A stretch of DNA of 64,000 nt from Carcharhinus amblyrhynchos (lineage: Eukaryota): the NCBI GenBank assembly GCA_965287045.1, contig OZ336874.1, positions 84,072,001-84,136,000 on the forward strand, in the 5' to 3' direction. Position 1 is the first letter of the stretch, and each line of letters opens with the position of its first letter. Below the pieces are notes generated by a model. It saw nothing but the letters and a program-made list of their open reading frames with translations, made no database searches and was not told the origin of the DNA. The position numbers and the translations under genes were made by a program. Of this stretch, positions 25,066-37,520 are shown in pieces.

Positions 25066-27642
25066 AGTATGAAGGGAAATTCCACACCAACTCTTCTCTC
25101 CCTCCCCCACCTACAGCTTCCTCACTGAATCAGAGGCAGAGGCTGGGCAGGACCTGTAGATTTTTAAGGCATATTTCAGAGCTATTATATACAAATGCAT
25201 TGAGTCAGTGAAGGTTTTAGTTAGAATCAATTCATTGCTGAAAAGCCACAACATTAATGCTAAATAGGTTTCCATCTTTTTTTTTAACTAGAAATTTAAT
25301 TGAAGTTACCAAAGTCCTAGGGGATACCATTGGACCCAACATTCAGCTTATTCCAGTCAGCCTTCCATGTCAGGCTGACTGGAAGACACATTTCACATTA
25401 GGCAGGCCTTAATTGGTCACCCAGCATGGAATCGCATTGAGAAGACAATCTCGCCCGGGAGCAGATTCTATATCTGCTTCCCAGCTCGTCGGCTTGGTAC
25501 ATGTGCCATGTGTGAAATTCAGGCACTTGCATTGTATAAATTTTGAACCATCATTTTTTGTGAAATTAATTGGGGGTACCAGAATAGTTAATTATTCTTT
25601 TACATTTGAGAAGCAAACAAGCATGTTTACCTCCTTTATCTAATTTTCTTCCTCATTGATTTTCTCTTCAATTTTCTCCCACTGGCTGTTCTTATTTAAG
25701 GGCAGCAAGTCACCAACATATAGGGCTAATTTTCATCCTTGAGTTGAATTCGGGATAGCTCCCTGTTCAACCTGCCCACAGGAAAGTGCCAGTAATGAAA
25801 ATATTTTCATTGTAGAGAGCAGATGAATGCTACAACCTGGTCAGCCTACCCAGGAGATAGTTCAAAGGCTGAGAACCCAAAAATCCATGACTGTACTAAA
25901 GTACCTGAGCCCCAGGGGACACATTGCTTCTTAGACAGCTTTAGCTTTCTGACCTCTTCTGTCACTTGCACAATGTTTATTGTCACAACATAAAATAGGG
26001 TTTCAAATGCTTGCAGTTTCACCTACTGATACTTTAATAGGATCTAGCTGATTTATATTTTTATTAGCCTGTACTAAAAAGGAGGTTTTTCTCTAACAAG
26101 GTAGAAAATTATCAATGAATGACTTTTTTCAAAGCTTTTTATACATCTTGTTGTCACTATAGTGTTCATTGATCCATATAGTGTATAGAGGATGAATGGG
26201 TATGGAAGAACCATAGCTTGGCATGGGCCATGAGTGCCCAAAGGAGATGGTTGGGGTCATACCTTGGCATGGGGCATAAAGAAGACCTTCTTCAAAAGGT
26301 GCCCTTGAAGTGTTGTGATCCAAAACGCTTTGAAAAACTGAATCAATGAATATTAATGTAAGAAAAGGCTTGTATTGTTCACAAAAATGACTGTATTACC
26401 TTAATTAAGAAGAAACTAACATTTTAATTTATTTCTGTCATGCTGTGGTCATTTGTGCATCGCATCCCATCCTTAGCCTGGTAATAGTTTATATCAATAT
26501 CACTCTTAAAACAGTTACTGTGTCATACAAAGCAACAGCCTGATATAACTTTTATAATGGTAGTTCCATTGGTTATGCTGTAGTGACAGACAGATGCAGG
26601 AATGGGGGTGCTGAAGATTCAAGATCAGGCTTGTTATGCCCCTTTACATTTGACCACTTTGAAACACAACATTGCCTGTCTTCTGAAGCAGAGATAGAGC
26701 TAATTGTAATATGGATTAATTTTTCATTAAGGGGAATTTCGAACAGGAACTTGGAGTAATTCAGTACTCAATTGGGAATTCACACTTTATTAATATCCTT
26801 AATTCTACAAAGGTAAATAGTCAGCAAGGCTCTGAGAAACTTTAGCTGGATTGCACCAGAAACATAATTTCAATATTTTATGATTTTATGAATTTAAATT
26901 AAAAAAAAACTCTTATTCTGAATCTTTGGTTATTAAACATGGAAGTAAAATAGTAGGTGAAATCTTTGAGTTTAATAGGCTGTAGTGTAGTCAGTTTAGT
27001 TAGCACATTATTTTGAACAGGTTATGAAATCCTCTGCTTTTCTTCTTTGTCAGTGTGTTAAGAATCTAATGAGGCCAATATCTTTAAAAAAATTAGTTTT
27101 GAAATATAGTTGCTGCACCCGTAACATAATTAAATGTCCCAAGGTGCTTTGCAGAAACATTATAAAACAAAATCCGATTGCCCTATTAGATGATTCTTGA
27201 CTGTCAGTCACCAGCATTTATTCTTACCACAAATATTTTTATAACTAATGAAAGAATGAAAATGAACAAAAAGGCATACAATGTTTTTAATGCCTCACTG
27301 ATGACAGCAACATCCTGGCTATTAATCTTAAATTCTTGGAGATTCCAGAACAATCCTGGGTAATGTCAAACTTAGCCTATTGTGTTCTGATGCATATCTG
27401 AATACCTTTGTCTTTTCTCTTCCCTATAAAGTCTTACCCTATTTAAACTAGATATTTATCTAACTGTTGAGCAGAATGAATGAAAACAGCATCATGTGCT
27501 GATAGTCATTTCAACATTTTCACTGTTTTACAAAGCACACAGTATAATGCATAACTTTGAATCTGAGTTCTTTAATTCTGCACTCACAATGCAATTCAAA
27601 CATTTAACATCTCCTTGAAAATCTGAATCATGTAGTCTCTCA

Positions 27643-27731
27643 GTAAGAAGCCTCACAACACCAGGTTAAAGTCCAATAGGTTTATTTGATATCACAAGCT
27701 TTCGGAATACTGCACCCTCATTAGGTGAGTC
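27643..27731 (-). mobile_element. Penelope pLTR terminal fragment
   Basis: TAAGAAGCCTCACAACACCAGGTTAAAGTCCAA..AAGCTTTCGGA matches the termini at 12647 and 14582. Confidence 0.85.
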
Positions 27732-29269
27732 CTCAATGTCGGTTCTCAGTCACCTTTCTATGGTGAAAACAAGTTTAGCTGAGTAACTCCCATTTGATAA
27801 CAGTCTTTAGCCCTAAAATCATTCTTGGCACTCTTCCATAAATCCCCTCTAATGTGAAAATACAGTTACAAGGTGTTTCCAAAATGGCAAAGAATAGAAC
27901 TGTAATGGTGTTATGAATGAGGGGAACTCTCTCTGCATTTTTTAGTTTAATCAGACTACCTAAAGACCAGCATTGAATAAATATCAGACAACCCTCCAGG
28001 TTAACAATGTCAGGGGGGCTAAAAGTTGGGAGAAAAAATTGGGGTTGTGATTTATACTTTATCAGAAATATAAACATCGGTTTGATGAACCATTCAAATT
28101 AATAGTTAAAGAGTTGACCAATGCTATTTCAGCTTAGCACTTCCTGAACCACATTATCCTTGGAGGGGAAAACTTACTATTCATTTGGAATACAAGTTGT
28201 GTGATTAATTTGAAACACGCTAAGGCATAGTTTTTCTCCTGGGGTTCAGGGCTCTAGAATTAGGGTCAAATGGGGTTCAGGACACAAAACCAAGGTCAAA
28301 TGTGGGTCAGAAACTCACATTGCATTAGAAACAGTCATTTTCCCCAAACTGGCCAAGGTGGACATGTCCTCCCTCCAACATTTTGAACCCTTACATTAAA
28401 AAATTCTCTCAGCAACTGGGCCACCATAGTCAAGCCTGAGGCCTTTTGATTGGGGGGGGGGGGTCCTAAAGGCTGTCTAGAGCACTGGTCACCCCTGTCT
28501 GTCGCCTGGAGATTGCATTCGGGCTGCTGGTCTGTTCCTTCTGATAAAGGCCTGAGTTGGACCTCAGCTATCAAGTGGCTACTGACTGCTTGCAAGTGGT
28601 TAATCCTGCTGTCTCCAATCCCACCTCCTTCAAAATGGCCCAGGGTTAAGATGGTGCCAGCAACGTGAATTTTCATGTCCACTCACTTCCCAACTCATCC
28701 CCAGCCAGAGCTAAATATCCTGTCCATGCTGTTTTAAACTGAATGTTGTTCTCTTAAATTATTTTTTCAATATACAAATGCAAAAAAATGTGGGTTCTGT
28801 TATTTGTATTGCTTCTCAATAATGTTGACTACTATTTATTGATTACCTCCAGATTTTCAGTATGCAGTATCCAAAAGCCCTTATTTTGTTCCATCCACTA
28901 CAGCTAGCATCTGCCAAATATGAAAGATCTGAGGCAGTTTCAGATATCAAAACACTCTCATCAGGCCTGCTTCAGCTGGGACCATGGGTATGATTGCTAT
29001 GTGAGCATGAGTAAGAAGATCGCCTTTCTCAGAATGCAATGCCAAGCCTGTCAGTTTGACTCTAGCAGGGCTGACCCTCAAGCAGCTACCTGACAAGTCT
29101 TGACAAATTCATCAGACATATGACTGCAGTTTGAACTGAGCCTCACCCAAGATCTGAACCTGCAATCAAGGAATTAGCAATGCCAGTATTTTACAGCCAG
29201 GCTGCTATAGTACATTGATTGTTCTCATGTGCTTCACTTTCTGAACAGTAAACAGTGTATATGGAGTCA

Positions 29270-30410
29270 GAAGGAAAGGAACATTGATAGATCAAGTGAA
29301 TGGCAAACTATGATAGATCAAGTTCAATGCACATTCATTTTGGCCACAAGAAATGATAGATAAAGTACTTTCTAAATGATGAGAAACTACAAACCATGGA
29401 GGGAAGGTAAATGTACAGGTCCGTGTACATAAATTACTGAAAGTTGCTACAAATAATAATTAATGGTATGTTGACCTTTATCTGAAAGGACATGCAATGC
29501 ATAGATTGAAGTTATGATAGTTATATAATTCTCTGCAAATGGGATGCTGGCCTTCATAGCGAGGGGGATTGAATATAAAAGTAGGGAGGTCTTGCTGCAG
29601 CTGTATAGGGCATTGGTGAGGCCGCAGCTGGAGTACTGTGTGCAGTTTTGGGCGCCGCACCTGCGCAAAGATATTTTGGCCTTGGAGGGAGTGCAGAGGA
29701 GGTTTAGTAGGCTGATACCGGAGTTGAGGGGGTTGAGCTATGAGGAGAGGCTGAATAAACTGGGCTTGTACTCGTTAGAGTTTAGAAGAATGAGGGGAGA
29801 TCTCATTGAGACGTATAAGATGATGAATGGGATGGATAGGATAGAGGTGGAGAGACTCTTCCCGCTCAAAAAAGACAGTAGGACTAGGGGGCACAGCCTC
29901 AAGATAAAAGGGGGGCGGTTTAGAACGGAGTTGAGGAGGAACTTCTTCACTCAAAGGGTGGCGAATCTCTGGAATTCTCTGCCCGTTGAAGTGGTGGAGG
30001 CTGCCTCGCTAAATATTTTTAAGACGCGGGTTGATGGGTTTTTGATAAGAGAGGGGATTAAGGGTTATGGGGAGAAAGCGGGAAAGTGGAACTGAGCAGC
30101 GACAGATCAGCCATGATCTTATTGAATGGCGGGGCAGGCTTGAAGGGCTAGATGGCCTACTCCTGCTCCTATTTCTTATGTTCTTATGTTCTTATCTGGA
30201 CACCACAGGAAGGATATTTGGCTTGGAATGGGCTGCAGTGCCAATTTCATCAGAATAACTTTCCAGCTAACTGGTTAAGTTATGAGGGCAGTGCATAGAT
30301 TAAGCTTGTGTTCTCTCAAGTACAGAACACTAAATAGTTGCATTAATGTCCTCAGGAAGATTAAAGAAGAGAAACTATTCCTCCAAATGACCAAGTCCAG
30401 AACAAGGGGC
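29270..30410 (+). mobile_element. Old CR1 3' fragment hosting a young CR1
   Basis: Degenerate ORF2 on both sides of the insert (HFGHKK and GMLTFI before; RKDI..LE and KSRTRG after). Confidence 0.65.
29537..30195 (+). mobile_element. Young CR1, 5'-truncated (same family as 19285-20617)
   Basis: 183-aa open frame almost identical to the C-terminus of the 19378 ORF; (TTCTTATG)n tail; TCTG at both junctions. Confidence 0.95.
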
Positions 30411-30825
30411 AGATATTTTGGTTGGCAGAGTTTCACACATCACCACTCGAATAGTCAGTGGGCAGTGTGCCCCACCAATCATGGCAAATCGCAGACATTT
30501 AATGCTCTAAGAAATGTTAATTGACTGGAGACAGGACTTCCATCCCTCAACCAGTCAACTTGATTGCAACCCAGCAGTCAGGTCTACAAACGGCCCCAAG
30601 ATTCTGAATCCTAGAGTCCAGGTCCAAGTAAATCCACTTACTACATGTAAAAATAGGATACAGCGAAGCGATCAGGTGGCCAGCCTGCCTTTGGACCCAT
30701 TCAGACCCTTATACTGTTAATTAATGGGGGTGCGAAGGCCCACACTAATCGGAAAGCTCAACAGTTATAAATAAGCGTGCTGGTTTCATACAATCGTGAC
30801 AGCACAGTAGGCCATTTGGCCTATT

Positions 30826-31017
30826 GGCTGGAATCTTCTGGCTAGTGGGATTTCTGGTCTTGCCAATGGTGAACCCCCACCATGGGTTTCGCTGTGAAGA
30901 GGGTGCATAAAACAAGAAACCCTGTTGACAGCAGTGGGAACAGAACATCCTGTCATTGGTCAAAGACTGTGCCTCTGTTGCGTATACACACAATGGGAGA
31001 CACAGGAAATCCCACCC
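30826..31017. mobile_element. Harbinger-like MITE inside an old CR1 3' end
   Basis: Imperfect TIRs GGCTGGAATCTTC ... GAAATCCCACCC. Confidence 0.5.
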
Positions 31018-31124
31018 AATTATTGTTTCTATGCTGGCTCTCCTCAGAAGCAATTCATTTTCTGCCACTTCCCTGTTCTCTCCCCACATCTCTGCACATT
31101 CCTCCTTTTCAGATATTTGGAAAC

Positions 31125-31345
31125 AGGTGGCACAGTGGTTAGTACTGCTGCCTCACAGTGCCAAGGACCCAAGTTCAATTCCGACCTTGCATGATTGTGT
31201 GGAGTTTACGAATTCTCCCTGTATCTGCATGGGTTTCCGCTGAATGCTCCGGTTTACTCCCACAGTCCAGAGATCTGCAGATTAGGAGGGTTGTCCAAGC
31301 TGAATTGCCCCTTAGTATCCAAAGATGTGTAGATTAGGTCAATGG
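31125..31345 (+). mobile_element. HE1-type V-SINE, 5' two-thirds
   Basis: GGTGGCACAGTGGTTAG A box, GTTCAATTCC B box, V-domain. Confidence 0.85.
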
Positions 31346-31519
31346 CAGACTGCATTTCCCACTGTTGAGCATTAGTGTAATAGATTTGCCTTTCATTATC
31401 ATGCCCATATGCCAGAATCATACCCTCTACCCCGTCAAAAAAAATCCATTCATGGCAGCATGATGTCACAACAATGCAAAACATGACTCCCTTCAAAGGC
31501 CATGGGAATGTATTGATGA

Positions 31520-32310
31520 GCTGAACTCTGAGGGGAGCTCAGAGGTGAGCGCAGCACTTATGGAGTTTGGCAGATAAAGTTTAATGTAGATAAGAATGAG
31601 GTTATCCATTTTGGCAGAAAAAATAGAAAGGCAAATTATTACCTAAATGGAAAGCAGATTCAAAATGCATCAGAGCAGAGGGATCTGGGCATCTATGTTC
31701 ATGAATCACAGGAAATCAGTGTGCATATGTCATAAAAAAGGCAAATGGGATGTGGGCATTTATTTCAAAAGAACTGGAGTATAAAAGTAGAGAAGTGCTG
31801 TTGCAGTTGTAGAGTGTGTTGGTGAGACCACATCTAGAATATTGGGTCCAGTTTTGGTCTCCTTATTTGAGGAAGAACGTGGTAGCATTGGAGATAGTTG
31901 GGCTTGTACTCACTGGAGTTTAGAAGGATGAGAGAGGATCTGATTGAGATATATAACATTTTAAATGGGATTAATAAAGTAAATGTAGACCAAATATTTC
32001 CTCTTATGGGGCAATCTAGAAGAAGAGGTCATAGGTACAGGTTGAGAGGCAATAGATTTAAAACTGAGATAAGGAGGAACTACTTCTCGCAGAAGGTGGT
32101 GAATTTGTGGACCTCGCAGCCCCATAGCGCAGTGGAGTCTAAATCATTGAATGGTTTCAAAAGGGATAAATTAAGGGAAGGAGGGTTATGAAGAATAGGT
32201 GGGAGGTAGATTTGAGACTAGGGAGAGATAAGCCATGATCTGATTGAATAGTGGAGCGGGCTGAAAGGGCTGAATCTGCCTACTTCTGCTACTAATTCAT
32301 ATGTTCCTAT
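31520..32310 (+). mobile_element. CR1 ORF2 3' fragment with tail
   Basis: GLYSLEFRRMREDLIEIY..RRNYFSQKVVNLW; 3' UTR ends TTCATATGTTCCTATG. Confidence 0.88.
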
Positions 32311-32939
32311 GGAGCAGCTCTGTGTCTTTGGGGGGAGAGTATGATGGTTGCTTCAGGGGGCATGATGCTTGAGGTTCAGTGGGGGGGGTAATGGTATGAG
32401 GATAGGCTCAGGGGACCAGGGAGTGACTTGGGGCTACCGGGGGCTGACTTGGGAAGACAAAGGTTGACTCAGGAGACAAGGGGCGAGTCAGGGGAGATGA
32501 AGGTTGACTCATGGGAAGTTGGGGAAGACAAGGGCGAATCGGGAGAGATGTGGGGGGCATGGGCAATGAGTTGGGGGAGACAGGATTCACAGACAGTGTG
32601 TGTAATGCAGTATTTTGGAGAATGTCTTCTGCTGCCTAGCCATAGGCTTCTTGGAAAGGACTCGTAAAGGGAAGGGCAACCTTAGGCCAAGGCTTCTTAG
32701 AAAGGCTGCACAGAGGGAATAGAAGCCTGGGGCACGGACTTCTTAGAAAAGCCGTGCAAAAGGAAGGGAAGCCTGGAGCACGGGCTTCACCGAAAGGCTG
32801 CACATAGGGAGGGGAAGCTTGTGCTAATGCAGTGGAGGGGTGTGGAGTCACCATGGGCTAACTGTTCCACTTAATCTGGGAGGGGCTTTGCGAGGCAGGA
32901 TGTTGACAAGGGCAAGGCTAATAGAAAAACATTTCAGTT

Positions 32940-33330
32940 ATTAGTACCCTTTTGCCGCTGAGACAAGATGCAATGAGGTTCATGCTGCAGCTCGAACTTT
33001 GATGGGGCAGACCACCGGGATGCTGAAGATGAAGTTGCAGTGCTTGGACCCGTCTGGTTGAGCCCTGCAATACAATCCATGGAGGGTGGCATGCATCGTG
33101 GTCGCCTGCTGTACCCTGCACAACCTGGTGCTGCAATAGGGGGAGGAACTGCCTGAGGTGGAGATGAAGGAAGAACGGCACATTTCTTCCAATGAGGAGG
33201 ATATCAATGGGAATGAAGCTGAGATCTCGAGTGAGAGGATGTTTGCCACGAGGCATGGCAATGTGCAGATGAAGCAAGTGAACTTGGGACGGACTCATTG
33301 CACTAGATTTACAGGAGGGTGATGAGGACA
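32940..33330 (+). mobile_element. Harbinger transposase (HARBI1-like DDE) C-terminal remnant
   Basis: NEVHAAARTLMGQTTGMLKMKLQCLDPSG*ALQYNPWRVACIVVACCTLHNL followed by an acidic tail. Confidence 0.85.
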
Positions 33331-33332
33331 TT

Positions 33333-33749
33333 CATAAGAACATAAGAACATAAGAAATAGGAGCAGGAGTAGGCCATCTAGCCCTTCGAGCCTGCCCCGC
33401 CATTCAATAAGATCATGGCTGATCTGTCGTGGCTCAGTTCCACTTTCCCGCCCTCTCCCCATAACCCTTAATCCCTTCTCTTATCAAAAACCCATCAACC
33501 CGCTTCTTAAAAATATTTAGCGAGGCAGCCTCCACCACTTCAACGGGCAGAGAATTCCAGAGATTCACCACCCTTTGAGTGAAGAAGTTCCTCCTCAACT
33601 CCGTTCTAAACCGCCTCCCCTTTATCTTGAGGCTGTGCCCCCTAGTCCTACTGTCTTTTTTGAGCGGGAAGAGTCTCTCCACCTCTATCCTATCCATCCC
33701 ATTCATCATCTTATACGTCTCAATGAGATCTCCCCTCATTCTTCTAAAC
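33333..33749 (-). mobile_element. Young CR1 3' end (same family as 19285-20617)
   Basis: Near-identical to ~19285-19690; ACATTC at 33328-33333 and 33748-33753 as TSD. Confidence 0.95.
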
Positions 33750-34519
33750 ATTCTTCTCACATTCAGTGAGAGCATCCTCTTATCTTCATATGGTTTCTAG
33801 GAGCATTGCGCTCCTGTCAGTGATGGCTGCACAAAGCATCTCTGATAAGGTTCCTGTCATGGAGACACAGTGGTTGCCCCTAGATCCTACATTCCAGAGA
33901 ATGATGATGGTGACTTGCAGCTGGGACAGTACACACATCCTCACAAAGCTCTGTGAGACTCCTGTCTGACTGATGGCAGCTCATTGCTCTCAACTAGGGT
34001 CATATCATGGCAATGCAGCGGGGAAGGTTTTACCTCTCCTGATCCTATGGCATCCTTTATGAGCAGCACCCTTGGTGAACAATGTTACCAGAGGTAGAAG
34101 CAGATGGGACTGAGGGCCAATTGCACCTCAAAGATACAAAGAGCCCTCATGGACAATGGCTGAAAGGTGTGATGCTAGCCCTGTATGTTGTGAGAGACAT
34201 TTTCATACCCTACAAGACACAGACATTGCTGCTATGTTCAGTCACTGTGAAGAAATACTATCAATGTGCTGACAACTTTGCACAAAGCACAGGGAGGAAG
34301 TGTTGGATTGATCTCTTTGTCTTTATCTTGCGCAGAGATCAGGTTTTCACTGAAGGATTAAAGGAACACAGCTCATAAGAAGGAGGAGATGCAGGAAGGA
34401 TGCGATAAATGGGAGTGTATTTTCAGAGGTGAACATTTTGTACAAGTGATTAACACCCTTGATTAGACTGTGCAACTGAACATTTATATCCTTTAAACCC
34501 TGCCACTATGTCTTGGTGT

Positions 34520-37300
34520 ATCTTTTACATCCACAGCAGAGGTAGAGGCAGCCTGCTGTCTGCCATGCCCTGTTGTCTGTGATGGCGTCCTCTGGAGAGG
34601 CAAGAGCTTGGGTGCCTTGGCCTGTTTTCGGGCCCTGCTATCTGCCACCCTCCTTGGTCTGTGGAGCTGGAGTTGCTACATGGGAAAAGGGGCTTCCGAT
34701 GGGTGGGACACTCCAGAGTCAACTGGATAGATGGCCCCAGTGTGTGCTCCAGCTGATCGTCCTCTTTATGTGTGCCCGAGGATCCCTGGCTTCCTCCTTG
34801 GGGTAGGTGGGCAGCTGTCCACTGGCATTGGCACTGATGGATTCCAGAAAGTGGCTGTACCATGGCATGCGTTTCCTGCAGCAGTGCAGAACAGAAGTCT
34901 TGGACCAAAGTTTCCATAGCAACCAACCTCCAAGCTGTGTTGTCCTCGGTGCATTGAAGTGTCAGCACAATCACCTCAGACAGAACATGGATGGATTCCT
35001 CCATGCAACCTTTAAATCCAAGGAGTGCATCAGACATTACTTCCTGATTTTCCCAAGTTTGCCTTTAGAGCTCCAGCAACTGAGTCATGACTGAGTCCAG
35101 AGTCTAGTCACCTAACAGGGACCCAGCAGATTCCTGGCCTCCAGCAATATTCTGAGTTCCGACACCCTGGGATGTCCCTGTCTCTACCTGCTATTGATCA
35201 GACAGTGTGATATGCTCGCCAGATTGTGATTCTAAGGCCACTCTAGAACTAGGTCTCACCAAGGTGTGTGCCTCAATGCTGGTGGAGGGTGTGGGTGAAT
35301 GCTGTGATGGTTCTTCCACTTTGGGCTCTGAGAAATCATGGTCTGTGCTGCTGTCAGGGCTGGTGTTGAGGACTTGGCCGGTGGACCTTTTGGCTGCGTC
35401 CCAAATGTGCCTGTGAAAGAGAGTCATTAATGCATGGCATGGCCTGATAAAAAGGAAATATGACTCACAACATTGTTGATCGATGGGTGAATTCAAACTT
35501 GATTTAGGCCACTGAATTCACTATCAGCACAGGAACAGTGCATGTTCACACCAGCCAGTTGCATGACTCTCTCCTTAAAGTCTGAGGTCAGTGAGTTCTG
35601 GCATCTCTCCATACCTCTGGAGTCTTACCTCTGAGTGTGAGTTGAGAATTATGAGAAGAGCGACTCACCCTAGTGAAACAGAGGAGATCATTCATCCTAT
35701 TCCAGCATTAGATGGTTGTCCTCTCCTTCAGAGCATTGGCATTGACCACTGTTGCCACCATCTGATGACACCAAGATGGCAGGGTTGGCGGGTACGGAAC
35801 TGGATTGTCAGGTGATACAACAGGATATAGATAGGTTGGTGCAGTGGGCAGATAGGTGGCAGATGGCATTTAATCCTGACAAATGCGAGGTGATGCATTT
35901 TGGACGGAATAATGCAGAGAGGAGCTATGTGATAAAAGGTAGGCCGATTAGGAGTATAGACATACAGAGGGACCTGGGAGTGCAGGTTCACAAATCCATG
36001 AAGGTTGCGTCACAAGTAGAGAAGGTTGTTAGGAAGGCTTATGGGATGTTAGCCTTTATAGGAAGGGGCATAGAGTATAAAAGCTGCCGTCTAATGCTTC
36101 AGTTGTACAGAACGTTGGTTAGACCGCATTTGGAGTACTGCGTCCAGTTCTGGTCACCTTACTACCGGAAGGACGTGGAGTCTCTGGAAAGGGTGCAGAG
36201 GAGGTTTACCAGGATGTTGCCTGGCATGGGGGGACTGGGTTACGAGGAGAGATTGAAGAAACTGGGGCTATTCTCCTTGGAAAGACGGAGATTGAGAGGG
36301 GACATGATAGAAGTATATAAGATGCTGAAGGGAATAGATTAATAGATTAATAGACTAAGGGGATAGGTTAATAGTGAGAGACTGCTCCCTAGACTGGGTA
36401 CGAACACGAGAGGTCATCATTTAAGGGTGAGGGGGGGAGGTAGAATTTGGAGGTGAGAAGAAGGTTCTTTACGCAGAGAGTTGTGGGGGTCTGGAATGCG
36501 CTACTGAGTAGGGTGGTGGAGGCAGGAACGTTGGACTCGTTTAAGATGCAGTTAGATAGGCACATGAGTGAAACGAGAATGGAGGGATATGGTAGGGGCT
36601 ATTAAATAGGGTTAAACCTCGGGAGACACCGGAAGGGCAGGCTGTATGATTAATATTTTTTGTCTTTATTCCACAGGTGGAGGTCCACCTCGTGTCAAGC
36701 GAGGGGCATGCACACGGCAGGTCGTGCATGGGCTGCTCTTGGAAGTCCAGGAGTGGCCTAGTACTTCATGTCGGTGTGTGTGCTTGATCCTGGACCGGTA
36801 GACGGGCGCCGCAACAGCTCAGTGACTAGCACTGCTGGCTGTGCAGACACATGGATTTGGGCCTGTTTCTGTGGGAGTTTGCGCATTCTCCCTGTGGTTG
36901 CGTGGGTTTCCTCCGGGCGCTCCGGTTTCCTCCCACACCCCAAAGATGTGCTCTTAGGCTGATCGGTTTTTACCAAATTGACACTATTTCTTCCCTGAAT
37001 CTGACTGAGTAGGGTTCCATTCGTAGACACGCAGGGTAGAATAGGTGTAGGGTGATGCGGCGGCGCGGGCTCGTTGGGCCGAAGGGCCTGTTTCCCGTGC
37101 TGGGTTGTTCTTTGTTCTTTGTTCTTTGTTCTTTGTTCTTTGTTCTTATCTCCTATGCTGGATCAATAGCCTTGCTGGCAGGATTTCATCTTCAGTGTGA
37201 ATAGATGACCTCAGAGCAGGGCTCCACAGTGTCAAGCAGTCTCTGTAGGGAAGCATCAGAGATATTCAAGGCACATTTTCTGGCAGTCATCACTGAAGAG
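34520..37300 (-). mobile_element. Harbinger Myb/SANT-like accessory gene remnant, convergent with the transposase and split by a CR1
   Basis: ARKCALNISDASLQRLLDTVE..EVIY (37290-37200); after removing the CR1 it reads PA*EMVATVVNANALKERTTI*CWNRMNDL followed by a GTGAGT donor. Confidence 0.7.
35762..37147 (+). mobile_element. CR1 LINE with a long composite 3' UTR containing a V-SINE-derived segment
   Basis: DDTK..WQMAFNPDKCEVMHFG..LEYCVQFWSP; ORF2 stop at 36603-36605; V-domain at ~36805-36985; (TTTGTTC)n tail; ATCT at both junctions. Confidence 0.9.
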
Positions 37301-37520
37301 TGGCCTGCAAATTGTGGTTGCTGTATGCTGTGGTAGTCTTTAAATATGATGCCCCAATCATTAATTGATGGAGCGGCAGGTAAATCAGAGACTGTCTGCA
37401 AGCGATACAGTGTAGAACCCCTGCACTATATGGTGTAAAAAGCTATTATTGTTGGTGGGCTAAATGTCGCTTCCCCTACTTGTCATTGGCCTTTGCCGAT
37501 ATTGGAGAAATCTCACACAT

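Noticed and set aside
36330-36372. Programmed recoding signal in CR1 ORF2
   Set aside because: TAATAGAT is locally repeated, consistent with a slippage duplication in this copy
37106-37147. Independent tandem repeat or CRISPR-like array
   Set aside because: (TTTGTTC)n is the ordinary CR1 3' microsatellite tail and has no spacers
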